Assembly (NCBI RefSeq): GCF_006345805.1
Contig: NC_043000.1
Coordinates: forward strand, 138,632,001 to 138,696,000
Length of the DNA: 64,000 nucleotides
Source of the DNA: Octopus sinensis
Taxonomy: Eukaryota
Direction: 5' to 3'
The notes beneath the pieces were generated by a model that saw only the letters and a list, made by a program, of their open reading frames with translations, made no database searches and was not told the origin of the DNA. This document shows, piece by piece, positions 12,261-25,500 of the stretch. Position 1 is the stretch's first letter. Each line of letters starts with the position of its first letter. Position numbers and translations under genes: made by a program.

Positions 12261-13070
12261 CAATTTACAGCAGGAATAGTATTAATAAGAATGTCAGTGA
12301 CAATACTATAAGAAAAACAATAACTATAAACATGATCTGAATGAATAGCCGTTTCTTATTCTGAATGAGTAAGCAGGTTGACGGAATTTCTCTATGAATC
12401 TTTTCCCTGATAATGACATTTTCTCCTGTGGTCAACAAGATACTAAAAGTGAGTGATTAGGTCAAGTAAAATGACAAGAGCAACACAAATTCAATTATGG
12501 TAGGAAATTGAAGACGTGAAGCTACAAACTGGATTCATTAATTAAAAGAATAGCCATTGATACAAAATCAAATGACCATTGCCGTGTCTGGCAGTGATAT
12601 AAATGGTTGTCGGTACTGAAATATAAATGGTTCTTCTGTAATACGATATTTTTAGTTGGTTCTGTATATAGCACTGAATTCTGTATCTGGTAGTAGTGAC
12701 AGGAAAACAAACTGCTGGTATGCGATATTTGCACAAGATTTTTAGGACTGCACCAAGCTCTTTAATTTTCTTGTCATTTGAAATGTAAAAGTTTAGAAGT
12801 TTTTCTCACAAACTGAAAAGAGAGTGAGAACAGTACAGAAAGGTTTAAAGACAGAATGATGCAGTTAAATAGTGAATGAGATGAGCAAGAAGAAAAAGAA
12901 AAGTAGAGACAAATTGATGGAAACGTAAAGAAACAAAGAAACAGATTAGATTAGATTAATGGGAACAGATTAAGAAAATAGGATAGGATGTAGCAAAAAA
13001 AAAAACAGGCCTGAAATAAGAGAGATTAAAACATGATGGGAAATGAAGAGAAAAACAGAACAACTGAGAG

Positions 13071-13127
<57 letters not shown>

Positions 13128-13624
13128 ACCATATAAAGCAACGAAGAAATAAATGTGACTGAGGTAGTGGTAATGGTAGTAGTGTGGTGTTAACCATGGT
13201 GGTGGTAACCGTAATGGTACTGATGGTGGCAGTAAGATGAGACACCTGTAACCCCACTCATGAAGGCTCAGTCTTCACAAAATTATTCAAAGAAGGAAGG
13301 AATATATTAAAATGCTTTGCTATGGCCTTCTTCATGTCTGCAGAAGAACATACACTTAGCACTCACAGATTATGAAATGCATATGAATTTCACAAAACTA
13401 TTTCTGCTTTGTACTGTGCACTATGCTATTCTGCAGCATATATTTTGCACAAAGATGGTAAGATGTGCATTGAATGAAATTTGACTGCTATTGTTGCAGA
13501 TCAAGTAACCACATAGAGATTTCTTTGGTTGAAGGGAGCTTCTGAAGTTACTCATCATATCTCCTTCATATCAGATTACCCTATACCATAAGAGAAAACA
13601 ATATATTTAATTATATGATCCAGC

Positions 13625-14110
13625 GAAATCAAATTTGATGACTGGCATCCGTGCTACTGGAGTGCTAAGAGCACCATCCGAGCAGCATCCTTGCCAGAGC
13701 AGCTAACTGGCTTCTGTGCTGGTGGCACGTAAAAAGCACCATTTGAGCGTGATTGTTACCAGCATCGCCTTACTGGTACTTGTGCCAGTAGCACATGAAA
13801 AAGCATTCAAGCAAGGTTGTTGCCAGTGCTGCTGGACTGGCTCCTGTGGAGGTGGCATGTAAAACACACCATTTGAGCGTGGCTGTTGCCAGTACTGCCT
13901 GACTGGCCCTCGTACAGGTGGCACTTAAAAGCACCCACTAAACTCTCGGTGTCGCTGGCATTAGGAAGGGCATCCAGCTGTAGAAACTCTGCCAGATCAA
14001 ATTGGAGCTTGGTGCAGCCATCTGGTTCACCAGTCCTCAGTCAAATCGTCCAACCCATGCTAGCATATGGAAATCAGACGTTAAACAATGATGATGATGA
14101 TGATGATGAT
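13625..14110 (+). mobile_element. RTE 3' UTR (family C) with about 5 tandem 60-bp subrepeats
   Basis: Repeated gtgc.ggtggcacgtaaaaagcaccatttgagcgtg units, then the family C terminus. Confidence 0.85.
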
Positions 14111-14424
14111 GAATATAAATCACTTTGGAAAATGAACAGAATGTATGAGTTGGTCATAAACTAGATAAACTAAGCCATTGCCTAGGTCAGTAAAATCTGG
14201 GGGTGTTGCACAAATTCTAGGTAACTTGAAAAAAACTTTTTAATCCAAGTAAAACCATGTATCTTAGTAATAAAGAAAGCAGATGAGGTTACATCCAGAA
14301 CAAGGGAGCATGAAGGACATAGCTGGTAAAAAGCTGGGAACATGAGAGGATTGCGTAATGTTATGACTTGTTAAGTTGTTTGGTGTGAAGCATTTAAAAT
14401 TTTGTCTGATTTAGCGGATGGTAT

Positions 14425-14685
14425 GTGGAGGCGCATGACTTAGTGGTTAGGGTGTCAGCATCATGATTGTAAGATTGTGGCTTCAATTCCTGGACAGGGC
14501 GACACGTTGTGTTCTGGAGCAAAACACTTCATTTCACGTTGCTCCAGTCCACTCAGCTGGCAAAGATGAGTAACGCTGCGATGGACTGGCGTCCTGTCCA
14601 GCTGGGGAACACATACGCCATTGAAACCTGGAAACAGGGCCCATGAGCCTGGCTAGGCTTTAAAAGGGCGCATTTAAAAAAAATT
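14425..14685 (+). mobile_element. tRNA-derived SINE family D
   Basis: tagtggttag...ttcaattcc head; ctgcgatggactggcgtcctgtccag domain; TSD tttagYggatggtat at 14410-14424 and 14686-14700. Confidence 0.9.
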
Positions 14686-16220
14686 TTTAGTGGATGGTAT
14701 GTATGATATTATGATGCTTTATGCACAAGATATCTTTTGCATAAATTTATTACAAATTTCCAGCTTCACTTTTCAGCTGGTGTAAAGAGATTGGTAGCAG
14801 GAGGAATTTGTAGGGGGGGGGGACTGATAAAGGATATATACAATGTAGGGTTCGGAGAAAGAAAACTGGTAGGAAAAAACACTGGTCGGCTGGGAGAAGA
14901 GGGCACATACTGTAGGTTTTGGAGAAGAGGGAACACATTATAGACTGATTTAAGGTACTGAATATCCTAGGTCCTAAGTCACAGATGACATGCCTTTTGA
15001 CCATATGTCACTTTGATCAGAGCTAGGGGATAAAAGCAACAACTTACTGAGAGCTATGCATATTTAGTGATTGAAAAGTTACATGTCTGGTTACTCATAC
15101 AGAGGAGTGATAATAGCAGAATACAAATTACTGGACTCTAAGGTGGTTGTCCAGTAATGTAAGAATTGGTCATCTTTTATCTCATAATTGTGAAGCAAAT
15201 GAATATAAGTAAAGACTAAGTATAAGAGACAAGGTACATACTAGTGTTTGAAGTGACAATCAGAAATGTAGAAGCAGCTGTCTCACCAGTTTTTAAAATA
15301 TTTTTTTATAATGACATTCTCTAAAGTGGATGTTCACACAAAGTGAAATAATTACAGAATATAGTTAAGAAAAAAAAATGTGTCAATGTAATTAGTTTAA
15401 TATAAGACTGCAAAGAGTAAAAACAAAATTAGTTATGCAAATTATTGCAATTTATTAGAGAGTAATAATCTGAACCCAAATTAATTTGAAACTTTTGTAA
15501 ATTTAGAGTAACTTTCTCATGTGTTGAGAGAATATTTAATAAATTTGTAGGAAGTATTCTTTTGTTAATGATAAATGTATTTTGAGAAACAATAATTGAA
15601 AACTAAAATAAAACTAAATTTTTGTGTTAGATGGGAAAGAAATAAGGAAATCAAAGTAATTATTAAACATATCAATGAGGAAATTATCACTGAAGAAAGA
15701 ATTTAACCTAAAGGTAAAAACTATTGTAACAGCAGATGAAAGAGGAAATATTAGTGTGCTTACAATGAAAATGATGTATAACTTTATTTAATGGATAGTT
15801 CCAAGTAATTATTAATTTCCTATCACTGTTTTACACGCAACAATGGATTTGTAAAACATTTAGATTCTCTCATTGTTGCTTCTTTTTTAAACGACAAAAA
15901 AAAGTATTAATTTTGATGTTAGAATTTTGGAATCTTGATTTATAATTAAATACTTTTGATTAATTTTCTTGAGAACGAGAACTGCATTTTGATAAATGTT
16001 TTGTACTTATAAGACAACAAATAGTCAACAAATAGCATGGCCTCTGTGCAAGGACGGCACACAAATTCACGAAGTGTTTCACATTTCTGAATAAAACAAT
16101 GAGAGAGCCTTTAAGTGATCATTCACTCTTTTTGAAAGAGCAATAAAATTTGTCTCCTGAATGCACACTTATCACTTAGAAAAAGATAAGGGGAACAACT
16201 ACCTGGGATTATATTGAATA

Positions 16221-16370
16221 GGCACAGGAGTGGCTGTGTGGTAAGTAGCTTGCTTACCAACCACATGGTTCCGAGTTCAGCCCCACTGCATGGCAAGTGT
16301 CTTCTACTATAGCCTCGGGCCGCCCAAAGCCTTGGTAGACGGAAACTGAAAGGAGCCTGTCGTATATATG

Positions 16371-16405
<35 letters not shown>

Positions 16406-16622
16406 TTGTGTGTCTGTGTTTGTCCCCCCAACATCGCTTGACAACCGATGCTGGTGTGTTTATGTCTCCCGAAACTTAGCAGTTCGGCAAAAGAGACCGA
16501 TAGAATAAGTACTAGGCTTACAAAGAATAAGTCCTGGGGTTGATTTGCTAGACTAATGGCGGTGCTCCAGCATGGCTACAGTCAAATGACTGAAGCAAGT
16601 AAACGAGTAAAAGAGTAAAAGA
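16221..16622 (+). mobile_element. SINE family A
   Basis: Matches 3712-4115 with small deletions. Confidence 0.9.
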
Positions 16623-17175
16623 ATGTGTTCCCAGGCAGTCTTCAAAAGACAGGATAGTCACAGCTAGAATGTCTGCTCAATCAGAAATTAACAAGAAGGT
16701 TAAACAAAAGCCATGATGGTTATCCACCACTATGTTTAATGACAAATTTCTGACTAGTTGGCTATTTGCTGAAGGATGCAAAGTTAAGTTTACTGCCAAC
16801 CAAATCTGAGTTTATGGTTTTAATTCTCAATTATAGCTAATTCATTTTACTAACAATAGTAATTATACTATGATTAATCTCGTCTTCTACTCCAGACAAA
16901 ATCAAGACAACTGATTTCCAATTTGATTAATTATAAGTGACCAAATATTGAATTCTCATGCATATTGTTGTTATTTAGTATGATGTTAGCCATGATCCAG
17001 CCGACCTATGATCAGAAGAATTAAAGTCATGACCATCCTGTCTTTGTCTCTGGAATGTACATACCCATGGGTTCTTTCGCTTTAAAAGAAGTAGAGTGAA
17101 ATACAGAAATTTGCTGTTACTTTTAGTGGGTTAAATTTTCCTATAGAGTCTTATTTGTTTCTTCATTCTCATACC

Positions 17176-17774
17176 TATATCTTTACTACCCACAAGGGGC
17201 TAAACACAGAGGGGACAAACAAGGACAGACAAACAGATTAAGTCAATTATATCGACCCCAGTACGTAACTGCTACTTATTCAATTGACCCCGAAAGGATG
17301 AAAGGCAAAGTTGACCTCGGCGGAATTTGAACTCAGAACGTAGTGGCAGACGAAATACCTATTTCTTTACTACCCACAAGGGGCTAAACACAGAGAGGAC
17401 AAACAAGGACAGACAAAGGGATTAAGTCGATTATATCGACCCCAGTGCGTAACTGGTACTTATTTGATCGACCCCGAAAGGATGAAAAGCAAAGTCGACT
17501 TCAGCGGAATTTGAACTCAGAACGTAACGACAGACGAAATCCCTTTTTCTTTACTACCCATAAGGGGCTAAACACAGAGCAGACAAACAAGGACGGACAA
17601 ACAGATTAAGTCAATTATATCGACCCCAGTGCGTAACTGGTACTTATTTAATCGACCCCGAAAGGATGAAAGGCAATGTCAACCTCGGTGGAATTTGAAC
17701 TCAGAATGTAGTGGCAGATGAAATACTGCTAAGCATTTCGCCCCGAGTGCTAACGAAACTGCCAGCTTGCTGCC
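17176..17774 (-). mobile_element. SINE family B, head plus three tandem ~185-bp bodies
   Basis: Three copies of ctttactacccacaaggggctaaacac...gaatttgaactcagaacg; one flanking TSD tttcttcattctYatacc (17158-17175, 17775-17792). Confidence 0.9.
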
Positions 17775-18059
17775 TTTCTTCATTCTTATACCCATATGTA
17801 AGCAATGAATGTTTGATTCTTATTTAAATCATTTCATATCCTCTAATACTCTAGCTATTATTTCCAGTGAAAGAAAATGACCTAAGGAGATATTCACTCT
17901 ACAAGACTGTCTCTCTCTCTAGATTCCCTTTTTGAAAATAAGGTATCAACTATAATAGGTACTCATCCCTTTCCAAGCTAATATAATATCAAATTACTGA
18001 TATGTTTGTTGTGCTTACTGCAAATGCATTTAACTTAAAAATGTGTTTGTGTGTGTGTA

Positions 18060-18310
18060 TAAAAGGAATCAAATGCAGCATACAAGAGTGGAGACTACGC
18101 TAGTTTGGACATGTGGTGTGTATGAATGAAAGCAGCTGCATAAAGATGAGCCAGTCATGGAACGTGGATGGTACCTGTGGAAGAGGAAGACCAGGAAGAT
18201 ATGGGATGATGTAGTGAGGACCAATCACAAGATATTGGGACTCATGGAAGAAATGACAGTGGACCAAGATGCCTAATGATATGAAGTTCTAGAGGAGATC
18301 AACACACATC
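18060..18310 (+). mobile_element. Decayed RTE ORF C-terminal fragment
   Basis: RLR*FGHVVCMNES..VDGTCGRGRP..W motif. Confidence 0.7.
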
Positions 18311-18729
18311 AATGAGCCTGAGTTCTAGAAGTGCCGTGTGTTCCACCCACACATAACAATAAAATTTTCACACATCCTCCCCCAACAAACCAAACTACAT
18401 TTCCTCTCCCAAACGATCGCTTCTCTTCCACACATTTCCTCCTTATAAACTATGATTATCTGCCAATCACCAATTCTCACCTCATTGTCCTGCTCACTGC
18501 ATCATTGCTTTCCTACCCACTTCTATATACCCAGTTTCTCATGGTCACAGCATTCCCCACCCCACTCCCTACTTGTACCTGCTTGGCAATACCCTGCTGA
18601 CACCTACCACAATTTATCTCTTACTTCCTTACTCTTCCATCCATTTGATATTTATTTGATGTTGATGTACTTGACACAATAGGTCTCCTCAAGCACAGCA
18701 GGTCAACCTATTATCCAAGGTGAGCACAG

Positions 18730-18905
18730 CAAGAAAAACAAAAGACAAAGGCAGGTGTATGAACAACAAACAGGTGTATTAGTTTTGACACTGGGGAAGG
18801 TGAGAAGGTTTTTTACATTTCGAGCCTACCCTCTTCAACAGAAAGGAACACGAGGAAATAAACAGAGACAGAATACAAAATAAACTTGTGGATGTAGTGG
18901 TCAAT
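18730..18905 (-). mobile_element. Penelope-like short element with variant hammerhead (18809-18845)
   Basis: Minus: cttt CTGTTGA a gag ggtagg ctc GAAA tg TA aaaa; same layout as 10485-10680. Confidence 0.6.
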
Positions 18906-19216
18906 CATATATGTGTGTGTGTGTGTGTGCTTGTATGTATGCATATGTGCAACTTAGCATGTGTGTGTGAGCATACACCCTAGTCCAGATCTCATGTGAT
19001 GGTTATAAAGTTTATAAATGACCATCAATGTCATACAAAGGTGTGCATTTCCAGCCATGTCTTCGGTATAGGAAAATATTACCTTGCTTGAAAGCAGGTG
19101 AGGTTTGATGACAGGAACTGTATCCAGCTGCAGAAAATCTGCGAAGAAAAAAATTCTGACTTATGCGTGCATAAGAAAGTAAACAGTGATGAGAATAATG
19201 TTTCTGTGTGCATGTG

Positions 19217-19262
<46 letters not shown>

Positions 19263-19412
19263 TGTGTATGCATAAATTTCCATTCTATGTTGTCAAACAT
19301 TTGTTCTCTAAATGAGATATAGCAAAAACAAAATTAAAATTAAAATGGCCCTGGGCCAAAAGAATTCTATTTATATGCATATGTCATTGTACAAACTTTA
19401 AACATACATTTC

Positions 19413-19453
<41 letters not shown>

Positions 19454-20069
19454 AAGGGCGAGAGAGTGTCTGAAAATATATAAATGAATACTGTTATAAT
19501 GGAATAAAAGATTAATATCAGTGAAGAATAAATAGCTAGAGAGATTTGTGTATGTCTTCTTATACATGTATGTAGTTATAAATATTGCACACATGTACAC
19601 ACATTAACACATATATGTATCTATTTGTCTATCAGATGATATCTATGTGTATGTGTGTGCATGTGTATGTGTATATGTGTGTGTGTGAGTGTGAGTGCAT
19701 TTGCGTGTGTGTCTATTCTTTGCTTATCGTGAAGAAATCATAATTTATTTTCTCGTTATTCTATCAAATATGTTTTCAAGAACTGTAGATTCTATCAAGA
19801 GATGTTTATTGAACCTTAAAGTCTGCAATGTCGAATGTCATTTAGAACTGGGAAGAATGTAAGAATGTGTGAGTATCATTGAGTAAAATCTTTGATATGA
19901 GATAGCAATAGTATAAACTGTAATTGCCTAACGACCTCATTGTTGACTGCTGTTACTTGCAGATAAAAACTACTTAGGTACGGAATCAATAGCTATCAAT
20001 ATAACAAATGGCCAAATTTATCTTCATACATATGGTGGATAACAGTTGAGATGATGCTGATGTGTACAT

Positions 20070-20152
20070 ACATGTGTACATATGTATATACATACATTCA
20101 TACATATATACATATATACATATGTATGTATATATATACATACAAATATATC

Positions 20153-20188
<36 letters not shown>

Positions 20189-20229
20189 ACATACACACAC
20201 ATATATATGTGTATAAGTGTGTATGTACA

Positions 20230-20271
<42 letters not shown>

Positions 20272-20315
20272 TACATATATGTGTATGTGTGTGTCTGTGT
20301 ATGTATATGTGTGAG
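20070..20315. repeat. (TA)/(CA)/(TG) compound microsatellite
   Basis: Direct reading. Confidence 0.95.
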
Positions 20316-20334
20316 TGTTTGGCTCTTTTTTTTA

Positions 20335-20550
20335 TATGGTGTGATAGCAGTAAATGAATGCCACTGTCATACAAGCCATATTATTCATTTCCAATACTCT
20401 GTGGAAATGTTTTGTCCATGGGGAGATATTACCAATGCTTGGAAATAGGTTAGAGTTGGCAACAGGAAGGGCATACAGCCATAGAATATTTGCATGAATA
20501 AATTCAGTCTGACTTAAGCATATATGGGCAAATGGACATTAAATGAATAT
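20335..20550 (+). mobile_element. Older repeat sharing the family C terminus (related pieces at 19000-19200, 24070-24230)
   Basis: gagttggcaacaggaagggcatacagccatagaa...aatggacattaaatga. Confidence 0.55.
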
Positions 20551-20906
20551 ATATATGTATTTATTTATTTACATATACATACATACATATATATATCATC
20601 ATCATCGTTTAACATCTGTCTTTCATGCTAGCATGATTATATATATATTTAATATGAGCATGTACAATTAATATATGAATTTATGCATGTATAATATTAT
20701 TATGTGTGTCCATGTGAAGAAGATGTTTGCTTTTTTGCAAACTAATGAGTACTCAAGAAATAGAAATAAATAAATATTTGTTTATTAAAGTCTGGCTTAC
20801 AGAGTTATAATTCCTTCTGAAGTTAAACTACTGAAACATAGTATGTGAGAAAATTATTGGCTTATGTAATCAACATTTCGTATGTATCCTTTATATCGTC
20901 TTTTCT

Positions 20907-21139
20907 TATTTCTTTATTGCCCACAAGGAGCTAAACATAGAGGGGACAAACAAGGACAGACAAAGGGATTAAGTCAATTACATCGACCCCAGTGTGTAAC
21001 TTGTACTTAATTTATCAACCCCAAAATGATGAAAGGTAAAGTCGACCTTGGTGGAATTTGAACTCAGAGCGTAGCAGCAGATGAAATACCACTAAGTATT
21101 TCGCCCTGTGTGCTAACGTTTCTGCCAGCTCACCACCTT
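20907..21139 (-). mobile_element. SINE family B monomer
   Basis: Head and body present; TSD tttatatcStcttttct at 20890-20906 and 21140-21156. Confidence 0.9.
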
Positions 21140-21366
21140 TTTATATCCTCTTTTCTATGCAGATTTTGCATGTATGAGCCAGTCCCAATACATGATATGA
21201 TCAGTTTTTGCTGCCCATTGTCATCTCATTTGTCATATCTTAGTATAAAGAGTGATTGTCCAAATTGTGCAATAGAAACTGAGGCAGACTGAGAGAAAAC
21301 GATTACATACATAACAAATACATAGGAATAGATTGCAGTATAAGCATTCGTGAAATTCAATCTATA

Positions 21367-21691
21367 GGTGTAGGAGTGGCTGTGCGGTAAATAGCTGGCT
21401 TATGAACCACATGGTTCTGGGTTCAGTCCCACTGCATGGCAACTTGGGCAAGTCTCTTCTGCTATAGCCTCGTGTATATATGTTTATGTGTCTGTGTTTG
21501 TCTCCCCAACATTGCTTGACAACAGATGCTGGTGTGTTTACGTCCTCGTAACTTAGCGGTTCGGTAAAAGAGACCGATAGAATAAGTACTAGGCTTGCAA
21601 AGAATAGGCCCTGGGGTCCATTTGCTCAACTAAAGGTGATGCTCCAGCATGGCCACAGTCAAATGACTGAAACAAATAGAAAAGTAGAAGA
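21367..21691 (+). mobile_element. SINE family A (internal deletion)
   Basis: Head and tail match family A. Confidence 0.85.
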
Positions 21692-21989
21692 GTATTACCT
21701 GCCCAGATGTTTCACAAAAAATATTTGACAGTCTTTGTTTCCTAGAGGACCCAAGAAACAACTGAATGGCGTCAGGAGTTAAAATTGGATGAGTAAAAAG
21801 GAAGCTTAGCTAACAATTATCTCTGTTTGCAACAAAGGTTCTTTGTCTTTCTCTGAAGGGAAAATTTTATAATGTTTATGTATGAAATGAAATGACATTG
21901 ACCTTTTTTGGAGCAGGGGAGGAGGGAAGTTACCACTGCATAGATTTTCTTTTTGTCTTTGGCTCAAACTGATGACCCCCCCAACACTC

Positions 21990-22648
21990 ATCTTAACCCA
22001 GGAAACATTGAAGAAAACCAGCTGGATCTGCCTCAAACAATGTCAGATTTTCCCACAATGTGATCAGCCTGGTGCACTTTTGATCAGGTGTCAGAAGACT
22101 TAACATCCACCAAGCATAAACCTTCGTCATGCCAAGTTCATTGTGCAGAATATTCTCAACTGTCTCACAGAATATGCTAATAGCATTGGCTGTTTGATTT
22201 ATAGTCAATCACCCATCATCTATCACAATGTGGAGAACAGGATCTATGTTTTTCTTGGTGGCAGCAGTTGCAGGACATCAAGATATTGGGTCATCTTCAA
22301 GAATCTCCGTTCTCCTCTTAAATTTAGCTGCTTACTTTTGCACTGCCGATAAACATGGAGCATCATAACTTAATGTAGCAACCATGTCAGCGTGAATGTC
22401 CTTGGGGATAAACCCTTTTACTGCAGATACTCGGTAATACCACAATGCCAAGCTTTGTTTGCTTTCAAGAGAAGTTTTCACTAGTTTACTTTTGATTTCT
22501 TCTTTGAACAGTTAGATGCTAGTTTACTTTAAAAGAAACAATGCAGTTATTAATAAGAAAAAGAGTTGAAATTAAAGCAAACAACATTTCATAGCTTTAT
22601 CATCAAACCTTCATGTTCAGCCTATGAACTCTTCAGCCCACCCTCATA
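21990..22648 (-). mobile_element. Mariner transposon relic, 5' half
   Basis: TIR-like tatgagggtgggctgaagagttcataggctg; TVENILHNELGMTKVYAWWMLSLLTPDQK matches the KVxARWVPRLLTxxQK region. Confidence 0.8.
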
Positions 22649-22674
22649 TATAGCTGTATGTGTGTGTATGTAAA

Positions 22675-23050
22675 TATGCCACCAGCATGGGACCAGTCAG
22701 CTGGCACTGACATCGACCATGCTCGAAAGCACCATTCGAGCATTGTCAATGCCAGCTGACTGGTCCTGTGCCGGTGGCATCTATAAAACACCAATCGAGT
22801 GTGGTCATTGCCTGGGCTGCCTGATTGGCTTCTGTGCCGATGGCATGTAAAAAGCACCATTCAAGCATGGCCAGTACAAGTACCATCTGACTTGCCCTCA
22901 TGCTGGTGGCACATAAAAATCACCCACTACACTCTTGAAGTGGTTGGCATTAGGAAGGGCATCGAGCTGTAGAAACATTGCCAGATCAGATTGGAACCAG
23001 GTGCAGCCTTCTGGCTCACCAGCCCTCAGTCAAACAGTCCAACCCATGCC
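22675..23050 (+). mobile_element. RTE 3' tail (family C)
   Basis: Subrepeats plus gtggttggcattaggaagggcatc. Confidence 0.8.
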
Positions 23051-24565
23051 TTTCAAGTCCAATGTGGCCAAAGATTTAGTTATAGCCAACATCTGAAGAT
23101 TACTCATAGCTAGGTGGTACTCATTAAAAAATGAGTACTTATCAAAATCATATTTATGAAGTCCCTGTAATAAAAATTATTTTTTGGATAACTGGTTAAT
23201 TCAGCGTTTATTTAATTTCTATGATAATAATGTTATTATGATAATATGTTTTAGAAAGTTTCTCTCTTATAAACTGCATAATGTTTAATTATTAATCTTT
23301 GATTTTTAGTAATGATTGTTATAAATAATTAATGCAATGTAATTTATATTATAATTTACTATTTGACTAGAGATGATAAAGTATTTTAAATATATCATTT
23401 TGCTATTTACCCATAGATAAATAGCGTGCTGCTATTATAATAACATGTATTTTTGAGTAATATGAAAGAATGAAAGGGATATTTTTTATTTCACCATGGT
23501 TTTTTTTTAAATATTAAAAAAATATTCTTAAAAATATTGTTCCTGATATTTAAAAAAAAAACTAATGCACTAAAATATATTTAGATTAAAATACTCAATA
23601 GTATACAAATATATTTTATGACAGTTATATTAGTTTATTTTTCATACTTTACTTTTTATTTTTTATCTTTGCTTTTGTTTTTAATTATTGACGCTCATGC
23701 TTGAAAACATAAGTATATTTAGATTCAGTCTTTTCTTGGATCTGTGAATCCTCATATATCAAAAATTACCCTGAAGAGATTCTTACCCAAAAACAATAGA
23801 TTTTATAATTTTATTATGGGTAAGAATTGAAACAATTGTATGCAATTATAGTTAACATTATTTATTATATTATATTATATTGCGATAAGAATATAATATA
23901 ATTTTATATTATATTCTTATAGAAATATAATATAATATAATACACACACATACACATTCACACATGCACACATTTATGTATATAAATCCTTAAAAATGTT
24001 TTAGCCCGAAGGCCACGGCCATGCAGGAGCACCACCGCTGATATGCATATATGCATATATATATGAGACCGAGTATAAAATTCACTCAGTTTGCTCTCCA
24101 AAATGGTTGGTTTTAGGAAGGTAATCCAACCATGGATATCCTGCAAGACAAAAACCTGCAAGCAAGACATTATCCTCTGACCTATCCAGAAGGAAAAACC
24201 TCCAAATGATTACTTTTTTGGACAGTGATGACCTTCAAAACCCTTGCTACCATGAAGAGTAATATGATGATGATGTTGAATGAGAACAACAACAAAACAA
24301 CAACAACAATGATGATGATGGTAGTGATGATGATGATGATGATGATTAGAATGATGATAGGTTCTCAACAGGCACTGTGTATAACTGTTCTTATATTAAC
24401 AAGCTCAACTTCTTTCTATCCAGTTCCATTTTTGCTGTCACTTAGCCCCAAATCTACTTTGACCAATTCCATCAAAGATGAAATACATTCAAGATAAAAC
24501 TGGTCTATCTATTTAACGTGGTAAAGATGTGTGGCTCCTAATGCTAGAAGAACAAATGGGAACAC

Positions 24566-24738
24566 AAAATCACCTCATTGCTTGAAAAGAAATTGCTGCA
24601 AAATCTCCTCACGGTTTGAAAGCAATTTTACTACAAAAACTGCATGTTGCTTGAACACCACAAATTGCTGAAAAATCTCCTTGTTTTTGAACAAAAAATT
24701 GCTGCAGAATCTTCCCATTACTTCAACACAAATTGCTG
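24566..24738. repeat. Degenerate ~35-bp minisatellite, about 5 copies
   Basis: Recurring aaaatctcctcattgcttgaa....aaattgctgc. Confidence 0.7.
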
Positions 24739-25129
24739 TTGTTTTTCAAACTATCTGTTACATGCATTTTGTGGGATATGTGATAAAAGTAAAAAAAAAA
24801 TGAGCAAACGTTTTCATTTTCCAACTGTTTGTTAATAAATGTTCTCATTTGTCTATGTTGTTTTGCTTTCAATGCATAATGTAAGGTGAATAAAGCTAAG
24901 TTTATTTCCCTAAACCAGTGTGGCTTAACTCAGTGATACACGATAACCCATCTTATATCTCTGAAATAAACACTATGGGAAATATAGGTGAACTGTATAT
25001 ATATACACTCCACACTATGTATGTTGATACCTGTGCATGTGTGCGTGTATCTGAATATATATATTTGCATTCAAGTGCACATATTTGCATATACACTGCT
25101 CTCTCTCTCTCTCTCTCTTTCTGTCTCAC

Positions 25130-25135
25130 GATATG

Positions 25136-25194
<59 letters not shown>

Positions 25195-25286
25195 TGACAT
25201 ACATATATACATCATCATTTAATGTCCATTTCTCATATTGATATAGGTTGGGCGCACACATAAACATACACACACATACATGCATA

Positions 25287-25354
<68 letters not shown>

Positions 25355-25462
25355 CATACATATATATATGCATATATATATATATATATATATATACATA
25401 TGTATATACATACATATATATATAATGTGTGTTTGTGTTTATATATGTGTGCATGTGTGTGC

Positions 25463-25495
<33 letters not shown>

Positions 25496-25500
25496 GACAT
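25130..25500. repeat. (CA)n/(TA)n microsatellite complex
   Basis: Direct reading. Confidence 0.95.

Noticed and set aside
12300-12830. Unique-looking segment with a minus-strand acceptor near 12814 as a coding exon
   Set aside because: All three frames stop shortly after the acceptor and no protein is recognisable; a UTR or lncRNA role is not excluded
13437-13457. 21-nt microexon (ctgcAG|...gatg|GTAAGA)
   Set aside because: The donor lies in what appears to be an old dispersed repeat (similar text near 17090 and 47050) and the pyrimidine tract is weak, so chance is likely
13715-13935. Repeat-spacer pattern as a CRISPR array
   Set aside because: The spacers are homologous to each other, the array is part of an RTE 3' UTR seen many times, the context is eukaryotic and there are no cas genes
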